Assembly: GCA_964472275.1 (NCBI GenBank)
Contig: CAYYJN010000006.1
Span: forward strand, 9,122 to 73,121
Direction of reading: 5' to 3'
DNA length: 64,000 nt
Source: an uncultured Solibacteraceae bacterium
GTDB lineage: Bacteria; Acidobacteriota; Holophagae; Holophagales; Holophagaceae
Each line of letters begins with the position of its first letter. The first letter of the stretch is position 1. Under the pieces are notes generated by a model. It saw nothing but the letters and a program-made list of their open reading frames with translations. It ran no database searches and had not been told where the DNA came from. Below are positions 53,497 through 61,628 of the stretch, piece after piece. Position numbers and translations under genes: made by a program.

Positions 53497-54183
53497 TCAG
53501 GAAGGCGGAGCCTCCGGGTCGGCGGGGAGGGGCCAATAAGCCCCGGCCTGCCGGTAAAGCAGGATCCAGAGGTTGGCCGTGGCGTGGACGGCGTTGGAGA
53601 AGGACAACTGGAGCTGGGCGAAGGGCAGGCTCAAGTCATCCCAGGGTCCGAGCCGCTTCCCGGTGGCGTCCACGCAGGCGGCGAGCAGCTTGTTCCGCGC
53701 GGCCTTGGTGGCGGCCCACTCCTGGATCCGGGCGCTGGGGTCCGGCGGGGCGTCCAACGCCCAGAAGTCCTCCTTCGTCACGAGCAGCTTGGGCAGCTTT
53801 TCATCCCCATAGGCCTCGAAGGTGTCCCGCAGCGGCGTCACGCCGGTGGTGCAGGAGGGATCGTGGAGGGATTGGACCAGGTGGGCCAGGATTCCCAGCT
53901 CCCGCACCAGGTCCTCGGCCGCCACGCCCTCCTTGCTCATGCGGAGGATGGTGTGGAATTCGGAGTCCACATCCGCCGCCGTGGCGGGCTGGTCGTTGGC
54001 CTGGCCGCGCGCGGCGTCCAGCAGGATGCGGGGATGGGCGCGGAGCAGCAGGGACAGGCGGCGGGGCACCATGCGCACCGCGCGCACCGTCGCCGCCTCG
54101 TGGACCCGCGGCGTGAAGCCCGCGAGCGGGGCGGCCAGGGGCGCCGCGAGGAGCGCGGCGTGAAGGGGGAGCCGGAACCTCAT
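53497..54183 (-). CDS. hypothetical exported protein
   Basis: Uses the internal Met (aa 111) of ORF 53497..54513. Signal-like N-terminus [26 protein letters not shown] overlap with the upstream regulator gene. I recognise no family. Confidence 0.6.
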   Translation of the reverse strand: MRFRLPLHAALLAAPLAAPLAGFTPRVHEAATVRAVRMVPRRLSLLLRAHPRILLDAARGQANDQPATAADVDSEFHTILRMSKEGVAAEDLVRELGILAHLVQSLHDPSCTTGVTPLRDTFEAYGDEKLPKLLVTKEDFWALDAPPDPSARIQEWAATKAARNKLLAACVDATGKRLGPWDDLSLPFAQLQLSFSNAVHATANLWILLYRQAGAYWPLPADPEAPPS

Positions 54184-55580
54184 GGGGCCTCCAGGGGTGC
54201 GGAACCGTCGGACAGCCCGAGGGCCTTGATGCGGTGGATGAGCGTGGTGCGGGGCATGCCCAGGCGTCGCGACGCCTCGCTCCGGTTGCCCCGGCAGGCG
54301 CGCAGCGTTTCCAGAATGCTGCGGCGCTCCAGTTCGATGAGGAAGGTGGGGAGGTCCGCGCCCGCGGCGAGCACCGGCGTTCCGAGCGCCGCGCCCGGCC
54401 CCGCGCCCGCCACGGACACCGGCAGATCTTCGAGCCGCAAGCGCTCGGGATCGGTGCCCAGCGCCATGGCGCGCTCGATGGCGTTCTCCAATTCCCGCAC
54501 ATTGCCCGGCCATCCGTGCGCCTCCAAGGCCCGCAGCGCTTCCGAATCCACTTGCTTGAGAGGCCTGCCCATGCGCCGGGCGAATTGGCGGATGAAGTGG
54601 GCGGTGAGGGCGGGGATGTCCTCGGGGTGCTCCCGCAGCGCCTTGAGCTGCATGGGGATGACATTGAGGCGGTAGAAGAGGTCTTCGCGGAAGCCGCGAT
54701 CCGCCACCCGCGCCTGGAGATCTTCGTTGGTGGCGGCGATGACGCGCACATCCACCCGCACGCTGCGGTCCGTGCCCAAAGGCGTCACTTCGCGCTCCTG
54801 GAGCACCCGCAGCAACTTCACCTGGAGGCTGGGCGGCATGGTGCCGATCTCATCCAGGAAGAGGGTGCCGCCTTCGGCCTGGAGAAAGCGCCCCGGACGA
54901 TCCGTGCGGGCGTCGGTGTAGGCGCCGCGCACATGGCCGAAGAGCTCGTCCTCCAACAGCGATTCGGGGATGGCGCCGCAGTGGATCGCCACGAAGGGCT
55001 GCTTGGCCCGGGGGCTCGCCGCGTGGATGGCCCGGGCCACCAGCTCCTTGCCCGTGCCGGATGGCCCCGACACCAGCACCGTGCTGCCGGAGGCGGCCAC
55101 CCGCTCGGTGAGATCCATGAGCTGACGGTAATAGGTGGAGGAGCCGACCAGGTGCGGCGCCGCGTCGGCTTCGCCCTCCAGGCGGCTCCGCAGCCGCTTG
55201 TTCTCCTTGTTGAGCCGCGCCTTCTCCAGCGCGCGCTGGAGCGTGTGTTCGAGCTGCTCCACCTCGAAGGGCTTGATCACATAGTCGTAGATGCCCATGC
55301 GCATGGCCTGGAGTGCCTGCTCGACGGAAGTGGACCCGGAGAGCACCACCACCACCGTGTCCGGGTCCCGCAGCGCCAGTTGCGCCAGATCCAGGCCGCT
55401 CAAGTCCGGCAGCAGCAGGTCCAGCACCGCGAGGTCGAAGCGCTCGGCCTTGAGGAGCTGAGCCGCACGGAGCCCGGAACCCGTCTGGACCACCTCGTGC
55501 CCGCGCCGGGCCAGCAGCTCCGAGACCAGGTCCAGCAGGCCCGGATCATCGTCCACCAGCAGAATGCGCGGAGATTCCAC
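54180..55580 (-). CDS. sigma-54-dependent response regulator (NtrC family)
   Basis: Receiver domain ([10 protein letters not shown]...DLLLPDLSG...KPF). Walker [16 protein letters not shown], a GAFTGA-variant loop [13 protein letters not shown], Walker B TLFLDEIG and GNVRELEN are present. The Fis-type HTH is [17 protein letters not shown]. Confidence 0.9.
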   Translation of the reverse strand: MESPRILLVDDDPGLLDLVSELLARRGHEVVQTGSGLRAAQLLKAERFDLAVLDLLLPDLSGLDLAQLALRDPDTVVVVLSGSTSVEQALQAMRMGIYDYVIKPFEVEQLEHTLQRALEKARLNKENKRLRSRLEGEADAAPHLVGSSTYYRQLMDLTERVAASGSTVLVSGPSGTGKELVARAIHAASPRAKQPFVAIHCGAIPESLLEDELFGHVRGAYTDARTDRPGRFLQAEGGTLFLDEIGTMPPSLQVKLLRVLQEREVTPLGTDRSVRVDVRVIAATNEDLQARVADRGFREDLFYRLNVIPMQLKALREHPEDIPALTAHFIRQFARRMGRPLKQVDSEALRALEAHGWPGNVRELENAIERAMALGTDPERLRLEDLPVSVAGAGPGAALGTPVLAAGADLPTFLIELERRSILETLRACRGNRSEASRRLGMPRTTLIHRIKALGLSDGSAPLEAP

Positions 55581-55637
55581 CCCTCCACTGTCCAGCCCTC
55601 GACGGAGAGCGTCAAGTTCGGAACACTACTTCCAACC

Positions 55638-57953
55638 ATGCTCACGCGAGAAGGCTTGTGGCGGCGTCTGGCCGGAGCCCCGGCTTGGCCGCTGGCTTGG
55701 GCGATGGTCCCGGCCTGCGCCCTGCCCTGGCTGCTGCCGGAGACCTGGGATGGCGCGGTGCCGAAGGGGTTCGTCGCGCTGGGATGGCTCGTCGTGCTGG
55801 CGAGCGGAGCGCTGCTCCGTTGGCGTCGGCTCGCGGTGGTTCCCCTCTCCCTCGCGCTCGCCTGGGGCGTCTTCGGCAACCTCCACCAGCGGGCGCGGTG
55901 GGAAGCCGCGCTGCCCACGGACCTCACGGAGGTGGAAGGCGTCCTCGCCGCGCCGTGGACGCGGGCGCAGGACAGCCTGCGGAGCGAAGTGGCCGTCACC
56001 GCGCCGGCCTCCTTGCGCGGCGCGACGCTCCCGTTGCGCATCCCCGCCGATGGCCTCGCGTCCGTGCCCGCGCCGGGCACGCCCGTGCGCCTGCGGGCGG
56101 AATTGCGGAGCGTGGACCCCGCGCCGGTCTTCGTCGGCGAGCGACCCCTGTGGCGCGCCCGCGGTGATCGCGCGCCTCGGCGGATCGCGCTCCGGAGCGC
56201 GGCGCAGATGGAGATTCTCGGGCCGCCGCGGCCCTCCTTCCCGTTGCGACTCAAGACCTGGGCGCGATCGCGCTTTGACGCGTTGCCGCTGCAAGGTTCG
56301 GCCCGCGACCTCTGGGGCGCGCTGGCGCTGGGGATTCCGCCCGCCGATCCGGATCGCTTCAGCGTCTTCGCCGAAAGCGGCACCGTCCATGTGCTTGTGG
56401 TGAGTGGCCTGCAGATGACGCTCGTGATGGCGCTGCTGGAAGCGCTGCTCAGTCGCCTCCTCTCCCGGGGGGCCGGGATCGGAAGCCTGGCGGGCGGTCT
56501 CGCCTACGGCCTCGTCGTCGGGTTCAACGCGCCGGTGTGGCGCGGCTTCCTCATGGGCGCGGCCTGGGTGCTGGGGCGCGGCAACGGATGGAAAGCGCCC
56601 CCCGCGCTCGGGCTCCATCTCGCACTGCTGCTGTGGCTGCTCTTCCATCCGGCCGCGGGTTGCGAACCGGGCTTCCTGCTGGCGTGGTGGGCGCTGCTGG
56701 GCTTGCTCTGGGGCGCGGAACCCTTGGCGGGCTTGCTCCGGCCCTTGATGGGGCGCGGCGCGGACATGTTCGGCAAATTCGCCGCGCCGTGGATGGCGAC
56801 GATCCCGCTGCTCGCGCTGCTCCACGGCGGCGCGCCCACCTTCGGCCTCTTCGCGAACCTGCTCGTGTTGCCGGCCGTGTCCCTGCTCACGCCGCTGTGC
56901 CTCGCGCTGACGCTGCTTCCGCTGCCGGGCCTCGTCCACGCGGTGGCGGTTCCCCTCGCCTTCCTCTCGGATCATTTCGCCCCGGCCCTCGCCCACATCA
57001 CGCCTCTCGCCACGGGCTGGCTCGCGCCGTGGATCGCGCTGTTGCTGGCTTGGCTCTGGCTCGCCCACCGGCAGGCCGCGCTGCGCCGCGTCCGCGCGCT
57101 CTCCGTCGGCATCACCGCCGCGACCTTCGCGCTGCTCGCCTTCCATGGCACGGGCCGCGCGCCAACCTCCTTGAGCCTCGAAGCGGTGGATATCGGCACC
57201 GGCGACGCCCTGATCCTGCGTGCGCCGGGCGCGGAAACGACGGTGGTGGACACGGGCGAAGACCCTTGGGCCGCGCGGCGCCTCGTCCGCGCCCTCAGCC
57301 GCCGCGGCGTGCGCGAACCCGTGTCGCTCGTCCTCACGCATCCGCACCAGGATCACGCCGGAGGGTGGGCGACCCTCGCGCGGCTCTGGCCCATCGCGGC
57401 GACGCGCGTGCCCGTGATCGCGGATGCGGATCGCTGGACGCCGTGGATGCCGCCCGGCGTCCACCCCGAAACCATGCGCCGGGGCGATGGCTGGGCGGAT
57501 GGACCGCTCGCCTTTAGCGCGCGTTGGCCGCCCAAGCCCTTCCAGCTCCCCGACGCCAACATGCTCAGCCTCGTGCTGCGCGCGCGTTGGAAGGACCGCG
57601 AACTGTGGCTCATGGGCGACGCGCTCCAGCTTCAGGAACGCGATCTGATGGATCTCGGCGATCCCGGATCCGCCGACGGATTCCATCGCGCCTTGAAAGT
57701 CGGCCATCACGGCAGCCGCAGCAGCGGCGACCCCGCCTGGCTCACCGCACTCGCGCCGGACGCGGCGCTCATCCCCGCCGGACTCCACAGCCGTTTCGAC
57801 CACCCGCACCCGGAAACCCTCGCCACACTCCAGGAACTGCGCATCCCCTTCGCCATCGTCGGCCCGCGGCGCGGCGCGCGGATCGAAGCCGTGCCCAGCG
57901 GATGGAAGCTGGAAGGCGGCGATGGCAGTTCATCGTTCTTGCCGTTCCGGTGA
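55638..57953 (+). CDS. comEC: DNA internalisation competence protein ComEC/Rec2 with metallo-beta-lactamase domain
   Basis: Uses the in-frame Met 468 codons into ORF 54234..57953. Upstream of that the ORF is antisense to the NtrC-family gene. The polytopic ComEC core reads FAESGTVHVLVVSGLQMT. The C-terminal MBL domain has LTHPHQDHAGG and KVGHHGS. Confidence 0.88.
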   Translation: MLTREGLWRRLAGAPAWPLAWAMVPACALPWLLPETWDGAVPKGFVALGWLVVLASGALLRWRRLAVVPLSLALAWGVFGNLHQRARWEAALPTDLTEVEGVLAAPWTRAQDSLRSEVAVTAPASLRGATLPLRIPADGLASVPAPGTPVRLRAELRSVDPAPVFVGERPLWRARGDRAPRRIALRSAAQMEILGPPRPSFPLRLKTWARSRFDALPLQGSARDLWGALALGIPPADPDRFSVFAESGTVHVLVVSGLQMTLVMALLEALLSRLLSRGAGIGSLAGGLAYGLVVGFNAPVWRGFLMGAAWVLGRGNGWKAPPALGLHLALLLWLLFHPAAGCEPGFLLAWWALLGLLWGAEPLAGLLRPLMGRGADMFGKFAAPWMATIPLLALLHGGAPTFGLFANLLVLPAVSLLTPLCLALTLLPLPGLVHAVAVPLAFLSDHFAPALAHITPLATGWLAPWIALLLAWLWLAHRQAALRRVRALSVGITAATFALLAFHGTGRAPTSLSLEAVDIGTGDALILRAPGAETTVVDTGEDPWAARRLVRALSRRGVREPVSLVLTHPHQDHAGGWATLARLWPIAATRVPVIADADRWTPWMPPGVHPETMRRGDGWADGPLAFSARWPPKPFQLPDANMLSLVLRARWKDRELWLMGDALQLQERDLMDLGDPGSADGFHRALKVGHHGSRSSGDPAWLTALAPDAALIPAGLHSRFDHPHPETLATLQELRIPFAIVGPRRGARIEAVPSGWKLEGGDGSSSFLPFR

Positions 57954-57986
57954 GGCGCATCGTCAACTCGAAAAGCGAAAGCTTGA

Positions 57987-58235
57987 CACAGAGAACGCAG
58001 AGCGAGCGCAGAGGACGCAGAGGAAAAGCTCTAAGGGGTCAGGGGACGAGGCGCATCTCCGGCCCGGGCTGGTCAGGAGGCGGCAGCGGCGCATCCACGC
58101 CTTAGGGTGTGAGGGCGCCGTTGCCGCCTCCTGGCCCTTTCACGCTGCGCGTGAAAGCCGCCGCGGCGCGGCGGGCCCGGGCCTGATGGGTCGGCGCTCC
58201 TCTGTGCCCTCTGTGCTGGCTCTGCGCCCTCTGTG
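57987..58235. repeat. intergenic palindromic element, copy J (CACAGAG/CGCAGAG word arms), largest copy
   Basis: The outer 38-nt arms (57987-58024 and 58198-58235) are 32/38 complementary. Nested stems lie at 58061-58069/58175-58183, 58074-58092/58115-58133 (18/19 plus one G-U) and 58137-58145/58149-58157. The core GATGGGTCGGC is at 58185-58195. Confidence 0.85.
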
Positions 58236-58261
58236 TTCCGCTTTGGTCGCCACCCGAATCC

Positions 58262-58834
58262 TCAAATCACCTTCAGCTCGTGTAGCCGCTCGATGAGGGC
58301 TCGGCTTCCGGCGGCGTGGTTGGCCTTCCATTGGGCTTGGGCATCCGGCCCCACTTCGTTCGCGACCACGAGCGCCGCGCCGACGGGGACGCCCGCCGCG
58401 TGGCAGGCGGCGTAGACGCCCGTCAGCTCCAGGTGCTCCGCCGCGCCGAGGGTTCCGAGCAGAGCGGCGCCTTCGCGAGTCTTGGTGATGGCGGGCGGGA
58501 CGACGACCTCGTGCTTCGGCAAGGGACCGTCCAGCGTCGCCGACCAGCGTGTCGTCTCGATCCCAGGCCGGTACGCCTCGCCGCGCACTTCCGCGAGGCT
58601 GGACGCGACGGCGGAGGAAGCCCACAAGCAATCGCCGATCGCCAAGCGCGCGTCGTAGTGCCCACAGGTTCCGAGGAAGAGGACCGCGTCGGGTCGCCTT
58701 TCCGCCAGCAGCCGCGCCGTCGTGGCGGCCGCCGCGAGCGCGCCCACGCCCGTGCAAGCCGCCCACCAACCCGAAGGGGGCCGCTCCAGGAGCGGACCGA
58801 GTTCGGGTGGGAAGGCGCCGAGGAGGAGCTTCAC
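58262..58834 (-). CDS. nucleoside phosphorylase-superfamily (PNP_UDP_1) protein, possibly futalosine hydrolase/MTA nucleosidase-like
   Basis: The 190-aa product has a TGVGALAAAATTARLL..AVLFLGTCG..HLELTGVYAAC..VVANEVG pattern resembling small MqnB/Pfs-like hydrolases. The assignment within the superfamily is tentative. Confidence 0.5.
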   Translation of the reverse strand: MKLLLGAFPPELGPLLERPPSGWWAACTGVGALAAAATTARLLAERRPDAVLFLGTCGHYDARLAIGDCLWASSAVASSLAEVRGEAYRPGIETTRWSATLDGPLPKHEVVVPPAITKTREGAALLGTLGAAEHLELTGVYAACHAAGVPVGAALVVANEVGPDAQAQWKANHAAGSRALIERLHELKVI

Positions 58835-58835
58835 T

Positions 58836-61547
58836 TCACCCTTCCAGCGCGGCCTGGGCGGCGGCGAGGATGGCGATGGGGACGCGGTAGGGCGAGCAAC
58901 TCACATAGTCGAGGCCGATGCGGTGGAAGAAGCCGACGCTGCGCGGATCGCCGCCGTGTTCGCCGCAGATGCCCACCTTGAGGTCGGCCCGAGCGGCGCG
59001 TCCCTTGGTGACGGCGATCTTCACGAGTTCGCCGATGCCTTCCTGGTCCAGGCTCTGGAAGGGATCGTCGTCGAGGATCTTCTTGCCCACATACTCCGGG
59101 AGGAAGGAGCCCGCGTCGTCGCGGCTGAAACCGAAACCCATCTGGGTGAGGTCGTTGGTGCCAAAAGAAAAGAAGGCCGCTTCCGCCGCGATCTTGTCCG
59201 CGGTGAGCGCCGCCCGGGGCACCTCGATCATCGTGCCGATGGGCGCCGAGAAGGACGCGCCGCGCTCCTGGTTCACCTTCGCGATCTCATCCAGCAGTTC
59301 GGCCTTGAGCCAGATCAACTCCTTCACCGCGCCGACGAGGGGCACCATGATTTCAGGCCTGGCCTTCGCGCCCGCGTCCAGCACGGCTTCGGCGATGGCG
59401 CGCACCTGCATGCGGTAGATCTCGGGATAGGTGATGCCCAGGCGGCAGCCGCGATGGCCGAGCATGGGATTGACCTCGTGCAGCTGGGCCACGCGACGGC
59501 GCACGGATTCCACGCTCAGGCCCAGCACCTTCGCCATCTCCTCCTGTCCAGCTCCGTCCTCGGGCAGGAACTCGTGCAGCGGCGGGTCCAGGAGCCGGAT
59601 GGTGACGGGCAGCTCCGCCATGGCCTCGAAGATGCCCCGGAAATCCGCCCGCTGCATGGGCAGCAGCTTGGCCAGCGCGCGTTGGCGGCCCTCCGTGTCG
59701 GTGGCGAGGATCATCTCGCGCACCGCCGTGATGCGGTCGCCCTCGAAGAACATGTGCTCCGTGCGGCAGAGTCCGATGCCCGCGGCGCCGAAGGCGCGGG
59801 CGATCTTCGCGTCCTGGGGCGTGTCCGCGTTGGTGCGGACGCTGAGGCGCTTGATCTTGAGCGACCACGCCATGATCCGCGCGAAGCGGCCGTGGAGTTC
59901 GCTGGCCTTCGGGTCGAGCGTGCCTTCCACGAGCACCTGGTTCACTTCCGAAGGATGGGCCGAGAGCTTGCCCGCGAAGACCTCGCCCGTGGAGCCGTCC
60001 ATGCTGATCCAGTCCTCGCCCGCCTTCAGCACGCGCCCCGCGACCATGACCGTCCCGGCCTTGTAGTCAATTTGCAGCGCCGACGCGCCGCAGACGCACG
60101 GCTTGCCCATGCCGCGCGCCACCACCGCCGCGTGGCTCGTCATGCCGCCCCGCGCGGTGAGGATGCCCTTCGCCGCGACCATGCCCGCGATGTCCTCCGG
60201 ACTCGTCTCGACGCGCACGAGGACGACGGGTCCCCGCTTGGCCATGGCTTCCGCGTCCTCCGCCGTCAATGCGATGCGGCCCGCGGCCGCGCCGGGCCCA
60301 GCGTTGAGGCCCTTCGTGAGGAAGGCGCCGTCCTTGCGGAGCTTCTCCTTCTCCTTGGGATCGAAGACGGGCGCCAGCAACTGTGAGAGGCTGTCCGCGT
60401 CCAGCCGCTTCAGCGCCGCGCGCTCATCCAGCAGGCCCTCGTCCACGAGGTCGAGCGCGATGCGGATGCCCGCCATGGCCGTGCGCTTGCCATTGCGGGT
60501 CTGGAGGAGGAAGAGCTTGCCGCGCTCGATGGTGAACTCGATGTCCTGCATGTCGCGGAAGTGGCTCTCCAGGCGATTCGCCGTGGCGAGCAGCTCCCGG
60601 AACGCGGCGGGCATGACGGCTTCCAGGCTGGGCAGACCCGTGCCCTTGGCCTGCGCTTCCGTGATGGGTTGGGGCGTGCGGATGCCCGCCACCACATCCT
60701 CGCCCTGGGCGTTGATGAGGTATTCGCCGTAGAAACGCTTCTCGCCCGTGCCGGGATCGCGCGTGAACGCGACGCCAGTGCCGCAGTCCTCGCCCATGTT
60801 GCCGAAGACCATGCTCTGCACATTCACCGCCGTGCCCCACTCATCGGGAATGCGGTTCAGCTTCCGGTAGGTGACGGCCCGGGGCGTGTTCCAGCTCTCG
60901 AACACCGCGCGGATCGCGCCGCGGAGCTGCGCCATCGGATCCTGCGGGAAGGCCTGGCCCGTCTCCTCGCGGACGATCTCCTTGAAGGCCGCGACAACCT
61001 TCTTCCAATCCTCCGCGCCGAGGGCCGTGTCCTCATGGACGCCTAATGCTTCCTTCACGCGCTCCAACTCCGCTTCGAAGGCCGCGTGTTCCAAGCCCAG
61101 CACCACATTGGAATACATGGTGATGAAGCGGCGGTAGCTGTCCCAGGCGAAGCGCGCGTTGCCGCTGGACTTCTCCAGGGCTGCCACCGTGCGGTCGTTG
61201 AGCCCCAAGTTCAGCACCGTGTCCATCATGCCGGGCATGGAGGCGCGCGCGCCGGAGCGCACCGAAAGCAGCAGCGGCTGGGCGCTTTCATCGCCGAACT
61301 TCAGCCCTCGCGCGCGCTCCAGCCAGCGCAGAGCTTCTTCCGACTGGGCCAGGGCTTCCGCCGGAACGCTGCGTCCTTCCGCGTAGTAGGCGGAACAAAC
61401 CTCCGTCGTGAGCGTGAAGCCCGGCGGCACGGGGATGCCGAGGCCCGCCATCTCCGCCAGGTTGCAGCCCTTCCCACCCAGCAGGTCGCGCATGGACGCG
61501 CCGCCCTCGTTGCGATCGGCGCCGAAGGTGTAGACGAGCTTCGCCAT
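58836..61547 (-). CDS. ppdK: pyruvate, phosphate dikinase
   Basis: 903 aa. The ATP-grasp N-terminus reads LLGGKGCNLAEM, the phosphohistidine motif GGMTSHAAVVARGMGKPCV, and the PEP-utilising C-terminus GICGEHGGDP. Confidence 0.95.
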   Translation of the reverse strand: MAKLVYTFGADRNEGGASMRDLLGGKGCNLAEMAGLGIPVPPGFTLTTEVCSAYYAEGRSVPAEALAQSEEALRWLERARGLKFGDESAQPLLLSVRSGARASMPGMMDTVLNLGLNDRTVAALEKSSGNARFAWDSYRRFITMYSNVVLGLEHAAFEAELERVKEALGVHEDTALGAEDWKKVVAAFKEIVREETGQAFPQDPMAQLRGAIRAVFESWNTPRAVTYRKLNRIPDEWGTAVNVQSMVFGNMGEDCGTGVAFTRDPGTGEKRFYGEYLINAQGEDVVAGIRTPQPITEAQAKGTGLPSLEAVMPAAFRELLATANRLESHFRDMQDIEFTIERGKLFLLQTRNGKRTAMAGIRIALDLVDEGLLDERAALKRLDADSLSQLLAPVFDPKEKEKLRKDGAFLTKGLNAGPGAAAGRIALTAEDAEAMAKRGPVVLVRVETSPEDIAGMVAAKGILTARGGMTSHAAVVARGMGKPCVCGASALQIDYKAGTVMVAGRVLKAGEDWISMDGSTGEVFAGKLSAHPSEVNQVLVEGTLDPKASELHGRFARIMAWSLKIKRLSVRTNADTPQDAKIARAFGAAGIGLCRTEHMFFEGDRITAVREMILATDTEGRQRALAKLLPMQRADFRGIFEAMAELPVTIRLLDPPLHEFLPEDGAGQEEMAKVLGLSVESVRRRVAQLHEVNPMLGHRGCRLGITYPEIYRMQVRAIAEAVLDAGAKARPEIMVPLVGAVKELIWLKAELLDEIAKVNQERGASFSAPIGTMIEVPRAALTADKIAAEAAFFSFGTNDLTQMGFGFSRDDAGSFLPEYVGKKILDDDPFQSLDQEGIGELVKIAVTKGRAARADLKVGICGEHGGDPRSVGFFHRIGLDYVSCSPYRVPIAILAAAQAALEG

Positions 61548-61628
61548 GCGGGGCTCCCGACAGATAGGCCAGGATACCTAAGCGTCGCGGGCGGTAATCG
61601 GCTGAACTTTTGGCGGTCTGCGCCGGAG

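Noticed and set aside
54234-55637. The N-terminal 468 codons of the 1239-aa ORF 54234..57953 (+), which would make a giant ComEC fusion protein.
   Set aside because: This part is exactly antisense to the well-supported NtrC-family gene (54180..55580). It has Arg/Ala/Gly-rich shadow-ORF composition and no motifs. ComEC features begin only after the in-frame Met at 55638.
7059-58235. Whether the word-repeat arms could be CRISPR repeats or integron attC sites.
   Set aside because: The repeated units are 7-9 nt and directly abutting, not 25-40 nt repeats separated by unique spacers. No cas genes are present. The elements lack the R''/L''...L'/R' (GTTRRRY) core organisation of attC, and there is no intI gene or cassette-like ORF periodicity.
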